From contig NC_052157.1 in assembly GCF_902713615.1 (NCBI RefSeq), forward strand, positions 10,154,566 to 10,218,565: a DNA stretch of 64,000 bases, given 5' to 3'. The position numbers and the translations under genes were made by a program. Positions 38,567 to 51,467 of this stretch are shown in pieces. The notes below the pieces were generated by a model that did no database searches, was not told the DNA's origin, and was given only the letters and a program-made list of their open reading frames with translations. Each line of letters begins with the position of its first letter. The first letter of the stretch is position 1. Source of the stretch: Scyliorhinus canicula (Eukaryota).

Positions 38567-39129
38567 GTAAGCAAACTATGTTAGAACTTCAATCTAAGGA
38601 AATACCAAGCTTTTCCTCTCGTTATTGTCACTTGGTTTGAAAGATATTTTGGATTGCAAAGTGAAATTATTGAGCTACTCTTGTTTTTGAACGTCGCCTC
38701 AAGTGAGAAGTGGTTTGTTGCCAGGTTGGATGTCCAAATTGAGGACTGTAGGGAGACACGGTATCCTTCGCTTGCATTTTAAAGAAAAGCTGTTAAATTT
38801 ATTACTAGAATCGCGTAGGTATTTGTATTACCCAAACCAAAGCGATTTGTTCAGGCGCACCGACCAGTTAAATGGTGAAGTTTGAACATATTTTGCATTA
38901 AGTTGTTTCTCGAGCAGCAGAGTTCATCTTGTGTGCAACACCCAAAATCAAGAAGAACGTTGTTTTGCAGGCTGATTTGCAGCTTTAGCTTTCCTCTGGT
39001 GTTTCTACCCATTCTGTTACCTGTCCTGGTGGTTAATGTAATTAAATTAAACTGTATATATTCTCACATGACCTGAAACTGAAAATCAGTGCCTTTTTCC
39101 CCTCTAGCAAACAGCTTGCCTTTACAATA

Positions 39130-39850
39130 ATAAAAACAAGAAATGCGGAGAAAAATCTTGACAGCATCTGTGGAGAGATATAGTTTAAAATTTCAAGTCC
39201 AATGACTTTTTTCCTCTGAACTGGAGAGGTAGAAATGTTGTGGAGCTTTAAGTTGTTTGGAAATGGGGAGAATGGATCAGGTGGAACAAAAGGTGGGTCA
39301 GGGATAAACTAGAGGGAGATTAAATATCAAAAACCGTACAGACGGCAAAGCTACTGGTAATGGTGGTAGTAAAGAAACTAAGCATAGGTGCAGAATAGGT
39401 GTTAATAGCAGGATAAATGTCAGCGCTCTGGCTGAAAGCAAAAACATGAAAATCAGATGCAAAATGACACTTGATGGAATGGGGAAATTAAAGATGGGGA
39501 AAGAGTTAATGTTCTGAAGTGGTTGAACTCGAAGTGGTGAGCCCAGAAAGTTGGAAAGTGCCTAATTGGAACATGAGGTGCCGCTGGATCTGCCAATTAA
39601 ATACTTTACAGCCTTCTGGACTCAACATTGAGTTTAACAGCTTCAGACCATGAACTTTGTCCTCATTTTTGAAATTTATTGCCCCCAAGTATCAGGCTTG
39701 CATCATGTCTTTGCTTTCAGACAGAGCTGATCTTTAATCTGCTATTAACTTCTACCCTGGACTTATGCTTTGTTTCTTTACTGCTAAAACTGCTACTCCC
39801 TTCGCCTTTTGTTCCAAGGCATCTTTGGTATTTAATCATCCCCACCCTCT
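39130..39850. mobile_element. Inverted pair of Penelope-like 3' regions forming an imperfect palindrome centred near 39590
   Basis: gtagtaaagaaactaagcatagg...gaaagcaaaaacatga mirrored by tcatgtctttgctttc...ttatgctttgtttctttactgct; TLQPSGLNIEF remnant near the centre. Confidence 0.75.
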
Positions 39851-39863
39851 ACTGAAGCCTTTT

Positions 39864-40049
39864 GCACTGGTTTAGCACAGGGCTAAAGAGCTGGCTTTTA
39901 AAACCGACCAAGGCAGGCCAGCAGCACGGTTCAATTCCCGTACCAGCCTTCCCGAACAGGCGCCGGAATGTGGCGACTAGGGGCTTTTCACAGTAACTTC
40001 ATTTGAAGCCTACTCGTGACAATAAGCGATTTTCATTTCATTTTCATTT
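39864..40049 (+). mobile_element. Short SINE, type D
   Basis: Near-identical to 37859-38025; (tttca)n tail. Confidence 0.85.
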
Positions 40050-40829
40050 GCTCTTCGACCCATCGCGTCTATATCCAAGGATCAGTTTTTAAACGCTTTC
40101 AGGCTCAATGTCTTCTGGCTTAAATCCCAGGTAGCAGGTTGGTTTGTCCAGTGAGGAATTGTTTTACAAAATACTTGCCCACTGCACTTCCGACTGGAGG
40201 TGGGGGCGGGAAAATAATAATTTTTATGTTGGCTTTTAATTAGGAGCAGTTTCTCCCAAGCTTGTCAGTGGATTTTATTTTACTCAGCAGCATGTTTGAA
40301 TTGTCAGTGCTCTGCTTTATCCAGTCATCTGGCTGTGGGGAAAGTCAAAAAATGGCATCTGCTTTTTCATACCTGCTATTGAGTGTCTGTGTAAGACTAC
40401 CTGGTGGTAGCTCTTTTTAAGAAAAATATTATTTTCATTCATTTAATTTTGCCTTTCAGCTGTGCAAAAGTGACCACTTGGCTGACATTAAGAGATTCAG
40501 TGCCCCTAATGGGGAACTCTAGCCCAGCGTGAGTCCGCTCCTTCGGGAGAACTGAAAGTTGTAGAAAGGAGCAAAGACTATTTTAAGACTAACTACCTGT
40601 GGAAATATGCAAGCTGAAAAGCCAAAAAGAGTCAACAGTTCACATCAAAAGTAAAAGACAATGATGCACCATATTAGTGAATTACCATGTCAGTGAATTG
40701 GAAACATTCTTGTTTAAACTGAACCATTGGTTTCCCATGCCCTGCCAGACCTCTGGGAGAGAGGAATAAAGTGTCTCCCGGATCATCCCAGTTCAGCAAA
40801 GTACTGTTCCTGACTGGGAAGTGTAGAGT

Positions 40830-43700
40830 CACATAGCGCTTTTGGGGATATTCACTGGCATAAGAGTATTGGCTGACTCGCAGAAGGCAGAGTGGGGATA
40901 AAGAGACCTTTTTCAGGATGGTAGACGGTGACTAGTGGTGTTCCTCAGGGGTCATTGTTGGGACCACAACTGTTCACTTATATACATAAACGATCCGGAA
41001 AAAGTGCATTGTTGCTAGGTTTGGAGAAAATACAAAGATATGTAGAGGGACGGGTAGTGTTGAGGAAGTGGGAGGCTACAGAAGGACTTGGACAGGCTAG
41101 GAAAGTGGGCAAAGAATTGGCAGATGGAATACAATGTGGAAAAGTGTGAGGTTATGCAGTTTAGTAGGAAGAATAGAGGCACCAAACTATTTTCTGAATG
41201 GGGAAAGGCTTCAGAACTTTGAAGCACAAGGGAATTAGGAGTCCTAGTTCAGGATTTTCTTAAGGTTAACATGCAGGTTCAGTCAGCCGTTAGGAAGTCA
41301 AATGCAATGTTAGCATTCATTTTGAGAGAGCTAGCATGTAAGAGCAGGGATGTACTGCTAAGGCAGTATAAGGCTCTGGTCAGACCCCATTTGGAATAGT
41401 GTGAGCAGTTTTGGGCCCCGTATCCAAGGAACTACAGAATGCTGAGAGGCCTAGATAGAGTGAACGTGGAGAAGATCTTTCCACAAGTAGGAAACACTAG
41501 GACCCAAGGGCATAGCCTCAGACTGAAGGGACGATCCTTTAAAACTGAGATGCGAGGAATTTCTTCAGCCGGCGGATAATGAATCTGTGGAACTCCATTG
41601 CTGCAGAAGGCTGTGGAGGCCAAGTGGCTGAGTGTCTTTTATATAATCTTTATTGTCACAAGTAGGCTTACATTAACACTGCAATGAAGCTACTGTGAAA
41701 ATCCCCTAGTTGCCACACTCCGGCATCTGTTTAGGTGCACTGATGGAGAATTCAGAATGTCCAATTCAGCTAACCACGTCTTTCGGGACTTATGGGAGGA
41801 AACCGGAGCACCCGGAGGAAACCCAGTCAGACGAGGGGAGAACGTGCAGACTCCGCATAGACAGTGACCCAAGCCGGGAGTCGACCCTGGGACCGTGGTG
41901 CCGTGAGGCAACTGTGCTAACCACTGTGCTACCGTGCTGACCAGAGATCGATAGATTCTTGATAAATAAAAGATCGAGTTACGGGGAGACGCCTGACGTC
42001 AGTAGTGAGGGAAATTCTAGAATGCATTATCAAATTTTGTAGCGGAGCACTTAGAAAACAGTGGCAGGATCGGACCCAGTCAGCATGGATTTAAGAAGGG
42101 GAAATCGTGCTTGACAAATGTAGAATTCTTCGAGAATGCAACTAGTAGAATTGATGAAGGGGAGCCAGTGGATGTGGTGTATTTGAACTTTCAGAAGGCT
42201 TTTGACAAAGTCTCACATAAAAGATTAGCGTGTAAAATTGAAGAGCGTGGGATGGGGGTAGTGTATTGAGATGGATAGAAAATTGGTTGGCAGACAGGAA
42301 ACAAAGGAAGTAGCGGGTCTTTTTCAAATTGGAAGGCAGTGACTAGAGGGGTACCTTGGGGATCGGTGCTGGGACCCCAGCTTTTAACATATATTCATGA
42401 TTTAGATGAGGGAACAAAATGTCATATCTCCAGATTTGCAGATGGCACCACGTTGGGTGGAAGCGTGAGCTGTGAGGATGATGCAGAGATGCTTCAGTGG
42501 GGTTTGGACAAGTTGAGTGAGTGGGTAAATGAATGGCAGATGCAGTCTAATTTGGATAATTGCGATGTTATCCACTTTGGTAACAAAAATAAGAAGGCAA
42601 ACTATTATCCGAATGGCCATAAATTAAGAGAGCGGGACGTGCAATGAGACCTGGGGTCCTTGTACAATAGTCACTGAAGGTGCATGTAGGTGCAGCAGAT
42701 GGTAAAGGCAAATGGTCTTCATAGCGAGAAGATTCAAGTACAGGATCAGGGATGGCTTGCTGCAGTTATACAGGGCCTCCTTGAGGCCACACCTGGAATA
42801 TTGTGTGCAGTTTTGGTGACCTGATCTGAGGAAGGATTTTCAAGCTATAGAGTGCAGCAAATGTTTACCAGACTGATTTCTTGGCTGGCAGGACTGAAGT
42901 ACGAGGGGAGATTGAATCGGTTACGATTGTATTCGCTGGAGTTCAGAATCATGGAATCATAAAATTTACAGTGTAGAAGGGGACCATTCGGCCCATCGAG
43001 TCTGAACTGGCCCTGACAAAGAGCACCCTACTCAAGCCCACATCTCTAACCCTATCCCCGTAACACAGTAGCACCCACTTAACCCTTTTTTTTGGACACT
43101 TAAGGGCAATTTAGCATGGCCAATCCAGCTAACCCGCACATCTTTGGACTGTGGGAGGAAACCGGAGCGTCCGGAGGAAACCCACGCAGACACGGGGAGA
43201 ACGTGCAGACTATGCACGGACAGTGAACCAAGCCGGGAATCGAACCTGGGACCCTGGAGCTGTGAAGCAACTATGCTAACCACTATGCTACTGTGCTGCC
43301 TCAAGAAGAATGAGGGGGTATCTCATTACCTATAAAATTCTAACAGGGCTATACAGGGTAGATGCATTCCCGATGGTGGGTGTGTCCAGAACCAGGGGTC
43401 ACAGTCTGAGGATACAGGGTTGACCATTTTAGGACAGAAAAAAGGAGAAATTTCTTCACCCAGAGAGAGAGTAGTGAGCCTGTGGAATTCGTTACCACAG
43501 GAAGTAGCTGAGTCCAAAACATTGTATGGTTTCAGGAAGCAGTTAGATATCGCACAAAGGGCGAAGGGGATCAATGGATATGGGGGAAACGGGATGAGGC
43601 TATTGAGTTGGATAATCAGCCATGATCATAATGAAGGGCGGAGCGGGCTTGAAGGGCCGGATGGCTGCCTCCTCCTATTTTTTTCTCTGTTTCTAGAAGG
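40830..43700 (+). mobile_element. Two tandem decayed CR1 LINEs (about 40830-41990 and 41990-43700) with nested SINEs at 41640-41940 (type C, -) and 42945-43300 (type A, -)
   Basis: SGVPQGSLLGP and GVPWGSVLGP...RFADG remnants; LINE sequence resumes after each SINE. Confidence 0.85.
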
Positions 43701-44749
43701 CAAGAGAATGGGGATGAGAAACATTTCTGCCATGATCAAATGGCAGAGCTGACCCGATGGGCCAAATGGCCCAATTCTGCTCCTATATCTGTGGCCTTAG
43801 GAAACAGGGATATGTACAGCAGATGATTTCTAATACTCCACTCTAGTAAAGTTATGATATAGTGAAACGTGCACACATTTTACAGATTTCAAGCAAGTGT
43901 TCAAAGGAGAGGGGTCATGAGTGCAGACTCAGTCCCAGACATTCCTCTCCCACATGCCTTCCCACTTTTGTAACAGGTTTCGATAGCACCAGAACCAGAT
44001 GTACGATGAAGAATGATCACTTTATTAGAAAGGGAGTGGATGAAAGGGATGCAGACCTGAGACTGAGTACATTCTGGTCAAACCCAATTTTTTGCAAAAA
44101 AAAAGACTTACTGCTAATTGGTGTAAAAAGCTAAAATATTGGTTTCCAGTTTGATAATATGATTTGCATTATCTAAATTAACCGCCTTCAGCAAAAAGTA
44201 CTATAGATTCTGAAAGATCAGTTGAATCCGTGCATTGTTTTTTCTTGTGTTGTGTATATTTTGGATGACCCTTGTCTGCTTTCAAATTGACAATTTTTTG
44301 CACAGCATAAACATAATGCAACAAAACACAATCAGAATGACGTAACTTGAAGCCATAATTTGGTGGTCGATATAAAATTCTGATACCTTTCAGCTCTGCA
44401 TCTAAGCAGTTTCCCAAGTTGGATTTATAAACATTGCCTGTTTGAGGTTGCCTTCAGGTTATTATGTCCTCCACATGATGGATATAGAAATGGGCTCAGC
44501 AAGCCAGATGATGGCCTCCTGTTCTGTAAACATGCTCGGGTTTTTGTTTTGAATGAAGTAAGCCATTGCCATCTTGGCTTGTTGTCACTTTGACATTTTT
44601 TGTCTTGAAGGCCTACGAGGGGATTTTGGGTTAATTTTATATTATTGTGCTTTTAAATTGAATTCACCCCACTAGGGCATAATTCCTATTTGGATTTGAG
44701 TTTGATCCATTAGCTATGTGAACAAAATAGCCATCAGAGGTGTGTTTTT

Positions 44750-46610
44750 ATTTTTTTTATTGCATTTTTCCAGGATGTGGGTGTCACTGGCTAGGCCAGC
44801 ATTTGTTGTCCATCCCTAATAGCCCTCGAGACGGTGGTGGTGAGCTGCCTTCTTGAACTGCTGCAGTCCATGTCACATAGGTATATCTACTGTGCTGTTA
44901 GGAAGGGAGTTCCAGGATTTTGACCCAGCAACAGTGAAGAAACGGCGATAGATTTCCAAATCAGGATGCTGAGTGACTTGGAATGGAACTTCCAGGTGGT
45001 ACTGTTCCCTTGTCCTTCGAGATGGTAGTGGTCATGGATTTGAAAGATGCTGCCGAAGGAGTCTTGTGAGTTCGTGCAGTGCATCTTGTAGATGGTACAC
45101 AGTTCCGCTACTGTGCTATGGTGGTGGAAGGAATGAATGTTTATATAAGTGGTACAAAGGGCAGCACGGTGGCACAGTGGTTAGCATTGCTGCCTACGGC
45201 GCTGAGGACCTGGGTTCGAATCCCGGCTCTAGGTCACTGTCCGTGTGGAGTTGGCACGTTCTCCCCGTGTCTGCGTGGGTTCACCCCCACAACCCAAAGA
45301 TGTGCAGGGTAGGCGGATCGGCCACCCTTAATTGGAAAAAATAATTGGGTACTCTAAATTTATTTTATTAAAAAAACATTTTTTTTAAATGTAAGGGGTA
45401 CCAAACAAGCGGGGTGCTTGGTCCTGGATGGTGTTGAGCTTCTTGAATGTTGTTGGAGCTGCATTCATCCAGGCAAGTGGGGAGTATGCCATGACACTCT
45501 GTCTTGGAGGTGGTCAACAGGCTTTGGGGAGTCCGGAGGTGAGTTACTCACTGCAGGATTCCTAGCCTCTGACCTGCTCTTGTAGCCACAGTATCTATAT
45601 GGCTAGTTCAGTTTGTGGTCAATGGTAAACCCCCTTGCTTTGATAGTGGGGATTCACTTGAGGGGGGATCTCATAGAAACTTATAAAATTCTAACAGGAT
45701 TAAACAAAGTAGATTCAAAAATAATGTTCCTGATGGTGGGGGAGTCCAGAACTAGGGGTCATAGTTAGAGGATAAGGAGTAAACTTTTAAAGAATAATAA
45801 TAATAATAGGCTGAGCTTCACCAAGAGAATGGTGGATATGTGGAATTCGCAACCACAGAAAGTAGTCAAGGCCAAAACATTGTGTAATTTCAAGAAGGAA
45901 TTCGATATAGCTCTTGGGCTAAAGGGATATGGGGGGAAAGGCTGGATCAGGGTATTGAACTTGATGATCAGCCATGATCATAATGAATAGCAGAGCAGGC
46001 TCGAAGGGTCGAATAGCCTCCTCTTCTATTTTCTATGTATTCAGCAATAGTAATGCCATTGAATGTCAAGGGGTGATTGTTTGATTCTCTCATTGGTGAT
46101 GGTCATTGCCTGGCACCTGTGTGGCGGGCATGTTACTTGCCACACAAGCCTGGATATTGCCCAGGTCTTGCTGCATTTGCACGTAGATTGTTTCAGTGTC
46201 TGAGGAGTCAGGAATGGAGCTGAACATGAATGGAGCAATCATCAGTGAACATCCCCATATCTAACCTTGTGATGGAAGGAAGGTCATTAATGAAGCAGCT
46301 GAAGATAGTTAGGCCTTTGACGCTACCCTGAGGAACACCTGCAGTGATGTCCCAGGACTGAGATGATTGATGTCCTACCACCACAACCATCTCCCTTTGT
46401 GCAAGGTATGACTCCAACCAGTGGACAGTTTTCCCTTGATTCCAGTTTTGCTAGGGCTCTTTGATGTCATACTCTATCACATGCTGCCTTGATGTCAAGG
46501 ACAGTCACTCTCTCCTCACTTTGGAGTTCAGCTCTTTTGCCCATGTTTGAACCAAGGCTGGAATGAGATCAGGAGCTGAGTGACCCTGGCAGAACCCAAA
46601 CAAGTGTCAG
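44750..46610 (-). mobile_element. Second LINE family copy with a nested type B V-SINE (about 45159-45390, +) and a nested CR1 3' fragment (about 45660-46040, +)
   Basis: ORF 46208..46417 (-): GVPQGSV..TIFSCFINDLP..GMFTDDC. Confidence 0.85.
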
Positions 46611-46799
46611 TGCACAGTATCACTTGGAGGCATCAACATGGCATATTTTAAGACATGATTTGATGTAATTTTATAATGGCCTCCATGTTTTGCACAAAGC
46701 AAGAATCTTGAGTGACCAGAAAATGCTTTACCATTACTAAGATGGTAGTTTTGAATGTCAACTTGAGCCAATTCTCAGGACAGAGCTCTTGAGAGAATT

Positions 46800-47140
46800 A
46801 GGGAGCATTGCTGAAAAGAGAGTCAAAGCTTTTAATTTGCATACATCAGGACAAGAACAAGAATGCCAAATTTTAAACCATCACAGCAATTTTCACTAAA
46901 GGAAAAAAGGATGCTGATTGGTTGACAAGTCGATACTGGTTAGCTGATGCATTGCCATGGAGAAAGCAACAGGGAACTAATGGCGCCCCAGTCAATCAAA
47001 GTCCACTCATTAACCGATCAGAATCCTTTAGTCCTGCGGTGTAAATTGTTGCAACTTTCTGAAATTTGGCATTCCTGCAATTATTTCGATGTGTGCAAGA
47101 CAAAACCTTCAGAAATGTGACTCTCTCTTCAGCAATGTTC
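46800..47140. mobile_element. MITE-like imperfect palindrome
   Basis: agcattgctgaaaagagagtca / tgactctctcttcagcaatgtt and caagaatgccaaattt / aaatttggcattcctg are nested inverted arms. Confidence 0.7.
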
Positions 47141-48184
47141 AAGTTCTGTGCTTCCAACCAAATGTTTGGAAAAGGAGTCTTAACCTTGCATTTGAAAATC
47201 AGAGCTAGCCAGTTCAAGAAATACTGACTTGTAAAAGTGTAGCTACGTTTGTATCAGGGCTGTTAAATTCTGCAAGAGATTGTAAATCTCTGGCAATGGA
47301 TTAAATTTTGCAAGTTGTTCAGTTATCTATTGCACATGAAATAACCAAATTTCCTGCTTTGCCATTGGCTTGTCAATTGAATGCTTTCAGAAGATGGGTG
47401 GTCTGGTCATGTGACTGGACCAGTAACCCAGAGGCATGTGTTTGAATCCTACCATGGCAGGTGGTGGAATTTGAATTCTATTAATTAGAGAAGAAAACAT
47501 GGAGCAGCACATGTGACAAAGTGCAGTGTCATGCAAAGCACGCAGGTTTTTGACACACATAGACGAGCCTAAACTATTCTGCCTTTTGGCCCTGTTCTGG
47601 CACACGGTTAGATTATTGGGTGATGTGATCAAAAGCTTTCAAGATATTAAGGGAATGGGGCAGGAGAAACTTTTTCTACCAGTTGGAGAGTCCTACAAGT
47701 AGGGGGCACAGTCAAAATATTAGAGCCAGACCTTTCAGGGGTGAAACTAGGAACTACTACTTCACACAAAGGATGGTAGAATTTTGGAAGAATATTCTGC
47801 GCTTAATTTAAAATTCTGTGATGTATTTTTGTTACCCTAAGGTATTAAGTGATATGGGGCAACAGTACGCAAATAGAATTAGGTTACTGAATAGCCATAA
47901 CTCATTGAATTGCAGAACAGGCTCGAGAGACAGAATGTCCTACTCCTGTTCATAAATAGATCATGGATGATCTGCCCTCAGCTCCATTTACTTGTCTTTG
48001 TTTCATGCCCCTTGATATTTTTGCTGAACAAAAGTTAATTGTTCTCCATATTAAGAATTTCAGTTGACCCAGCATCCTCAGCCATTACGGAGAGTTGAGT
48101 TCCATATTCCCACCACCCCTTGTGTGGAGAAAGAAAATCTACACTGTACCCTTTCTAAAGCTAATATTCTTAGAGCTCAGGTTC

Positions 48185-49617
48185 ATGCCATCATAAAAAT
48201 GTATTTTGAGTGGTAGCGATATTCTTCAGATTATAGAGGACCCATAATCTGCTGTGGGAGCGACTAGTGATACAGAATTCAAGGATACCGAGCGCGGAGT
48301 TGAAAACAAAGATCAAAGAAAAGTACAGCGCAGGAACAGGCCCTTCGGCCCTCCATGCATACGCCGACCATGCTGCCCGTCTAAACTAAAATCTTCTACA
48401 CTTCCTGCGTCCGTATCCCTCTATTCCCATCGTGTTCATGTATTTGTCAAGGTGCCCCTTGCAGCGAGTTCCAGGCACCCAGTGCCTCGCATATCTCCTC
48501 TTAACCTTGCCCCTTGCACCTTAAACCTATGCCCCCTAGTAATTGACCCCTCTACCGTGGGGAAAAAGTCTCTGACTATCCACTCTGTCTATGCCCCTCA
48601 AGTTTGTGGACTTCTATCAGGTCACCCCATAACCTCCTTTTACATCTCTCTCATTCAGACAGGCGTCATGTACCCAAATGACAGAATCCCACTACTTCTT
48701 AAATGATTTTGCCTCTACTATCCTACCTGGAAGACCCATGTATGAAATCAGTCCTGAGTTTTCTTAAATGATTGGCAGCAGCTGGACAATACTCACGACT
48801 GATGTTAAAAAGGAGCAAACAATTCACACCTTCTGATTTGATGCGAGATCCTGACAGCAAATGGCTGGAGGCCTGGGAAATCTGGGTCATTTCTTTTGAT
48901 GTAAAAGGTATCTGAAGGGTAGGCATCTTTGCTTCAGCAGTACGTGTCCCCAGCTCCAGCACCAATTAAAATAATCTTTAATGCCGCACTCGCGGCAGCG
49001 TGATGTCAGATTGAGGTGATTTCCTCATCCTGCTCGAGGTAAAGTACCTTCCGTGAAATATAAATGGAAGACCATCAATCTCAAAGAATTGGGAGAAAGT
49101 GAGAGGGCTAGGTATACATGCCCAATAGTTAAGAGAAATTGCACCAGATGGTATGACCCAGCCAAGTCGGAGAGATACAGAGAAACCCATTACTAAGTTG
49201 GAGACTTCAAGTCAAATAACGGAGTAATCCACGTCAATGGAGCTTCCACTTCATTGTGGGTTGAGCGTATATGCCATGCAGGGTCCCGCCCGCCTGTCTT
49301 TGAACATGAAGAAATCAGCTTTTGCCAACTTGCTGCCAAGGATATTGCTGGAGTTCAGCAAACTACAACTGCATCCTACCAGCGCAGGCCACTGGAATGC
49401 TTTGTGCTGTGATCCAGCCCATCAGCTAACGATGCCTGGGATTCTTTCACACCCAGCTTCAAGTATCTCAACAAACCAATGCCCACATTCTTAGCTATGC
49501 GGCACATTCATGACCTATGCATGAGCAAGATTCACATGCTGATGGGATTCACATTTGCGGGTACCTACCCCATAAGACGAAGGGCCCTGTGGTGTGTTCG
49601 CACTGACACTCTTTATT
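48185..49617 (+). pseudogene. Decayed piggyBac-superfamily transposase, interrupted by a CR1 fragment
   Basis: Collinear motifs: acidic N-terminus, GRP (48729), F*FD (48831), EIW (48877), KGR..QQYV (48915), RNCTRWY, VGDFKSNNGVI (49197), SYQRRPLECFVL*SS (49374), NKP, GTYPIRRRALW (49560). Confidence 0.7.
48305..48638 (-). mobile_element. CR1 3' fragment inserted into the piggyBac relic
   Basis: aaagaaaagtacagcgcaggaacaggcccttcggccc is the reverse complement of a CR1 3' tail. Confidence 0.85.
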
Positions 49618-51336
49618 AAATAAAAAAAATTTGAGATCACAAAAAAATATGCAATTTAATTTGAACCTGCAGTAAAATAGAATTGGATTACATTTTTAAA
49701 ATGTTAATTGAAGGGATTGGCTATTTCAATGGCAGTTATAAATCAGCACACTTAACACAGTTGATAAGCAGCAGTAAAGAATTTTCTTCCTCCATTCCTT
49801 CCACCTCTACATTATGCTGTCCCCCAAAGCAAGGGCATCTGCATTAATTTCAAAGATCAGTTCAGTTGGGTATTGTCAGCAAAAATAAATTCACCAAATT
49901 ATCATAACTTTGCTTTTGTAAAGGCAGGTTTAAACCCTGCTTAACTGCTTGTGACAATGGAAGGTATTTTACAGCAAGTTAGTACTCACACTGAAATGTG
50001 AGGAAATTAATTAGGTGAGGTGTCAATGCCCTCTTATTTTAACACCTGTTGGACTGTTCATTTGCCTCATTGTGTTTTCCATTTTCCCACTTTGAGCATC
50101 TTTTGTTGGCAGCTTGGATCAATGGAGTTGGCACTTAAATTATTGTACAGCTCTCAGCCCTTTTGGGAGCAGGAGACAAAACAGTCAGTCTCTGAATATT
50201 TTGAGATAAGAAAAGCTGGGATGCTGAACATTCTGAAATGAAAACAAAAATGCTACAGATGCAGCAGAGTCAGCATCTGGCGGAAGGTGGGCTAACATTT
50301 TGGGTGTAGAATCTGCTGTGAACACTGACCTGTGAGCTTCCAGCATTTTCTGTTTCCATTGCTTGTCTGTACTCAGTTGTGTTATGATGGGGCTGTTTTT
50401 CAACCTGTGGTTCCTGCTGCATTGCAGTTAAAAGTTTTGTTCTGGCCCATCACACCTGGACCCTGAAATGACAGTAGCCTGTTACAATGATCCAAGATGA
50501 ATATCATTGGGATGCTCAATAGTGCAGAGCATGATGTGTGGCTTGATCCTTGTATAAAATATGTGCTTTCAATCAGAAAATAGGTCATTATTGCCCCCCT
50601 CCCTTGTACGTGGTGACCTGACCGAAATAAACTAACTTGTTAGAAATTAGGAATTTAATCTGAGATCTGTCTGGTTTCTGTAGCTTATTGATGTGCCAAG
50701 TGAAATATTTGCACTTCTCTGCCATTGGGGATTCTATATGTTTAAAATTTGAGGAGCTATGAGCTCAAGTACAGAAAGAACTTTATAAATTACAGTTGGC
50801 TGTAGTATGGATAATAAATGAACATGATGCTTGATGAAATTAAGCAAGTTTAAATAACTGAGATTTTTAAAGTAATTTAATTTTAATTGTGTAATTAACA
50901 GTAACAAGTAATTAAAAGTAACAAGTAATTGTCCAAGTCAGTATTAAATCATTAGTACATCTTGACTTACTGTTTGCAATTGAAAGGCTGTATTGTGTCT
51001 TGTATAGATTTCCATTTATTGAATCTTTAAAATACTTGTATGATCAAACCCTGGCTACACCATATGAATGCCTGGAGATTGAAGATATGAGAAGCGGAAA
51101 AGGCCCAAGTGGTCCTCTGAAATGGTCTCCATTCCGGCTTGGGCGTCTTGTTTGGAATATTTTTATTTTTGCATCTTGATAAATTCTTAGACTTTCAAAG
51201 TAATGTTTACACAGAAGTGACTTTTGCTCAGTTATCTTGTTCTGAAATATTTATTGGCAAATGTTTAATAACATTACTACCAATGATATTACCTGGTAAT
51301 TAATTTATAGACTCTTGCTAATTGTTTTGAAAACAG

Positions 51337-51467
51337 ATTATTTATGGAAATCCTCAATTGCTGTACGGACTGTGATGAAATTCAGTTTAAGGAAGATGGA
51401 GCCTGGTCACCGATGCGAATGAAGAAGGAGGTCCAGGAAGTAAATTCCACTTATAATGGAGTTGAAG
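51337..51467 (+). CDS. PIAS1: PIAS1 coding exon (exon 10), 131 nt, (G)LFMEILNCCTDCDEIQFKEDGAWSPMRMKKEVQEVNSTYNGVE(G)
   Basis: Matches PIAS1 LFMEILKYCTDCDEIQFKEDGTWAPMR; acceptor gttttgaaaacag, donor gtactc. Confidence 0.95.

Noticed and set aside
48254-48706. 150-aa ORF as a gene
   Set aside because: A chimera of transposase relic and antisense CR1 tail, with a non-ATG start.
48640-49624. Endogenous RNA-virus element (local resemblance to rhabdovirus G NGV/VFEH and paramyxovirus M MSK..GF..YP motifs, with an A-rich end)
   Set aside because: Motif spacing does not fit, no transmembrane segment follows, and a longer collinear motif series fits piggyBac better.
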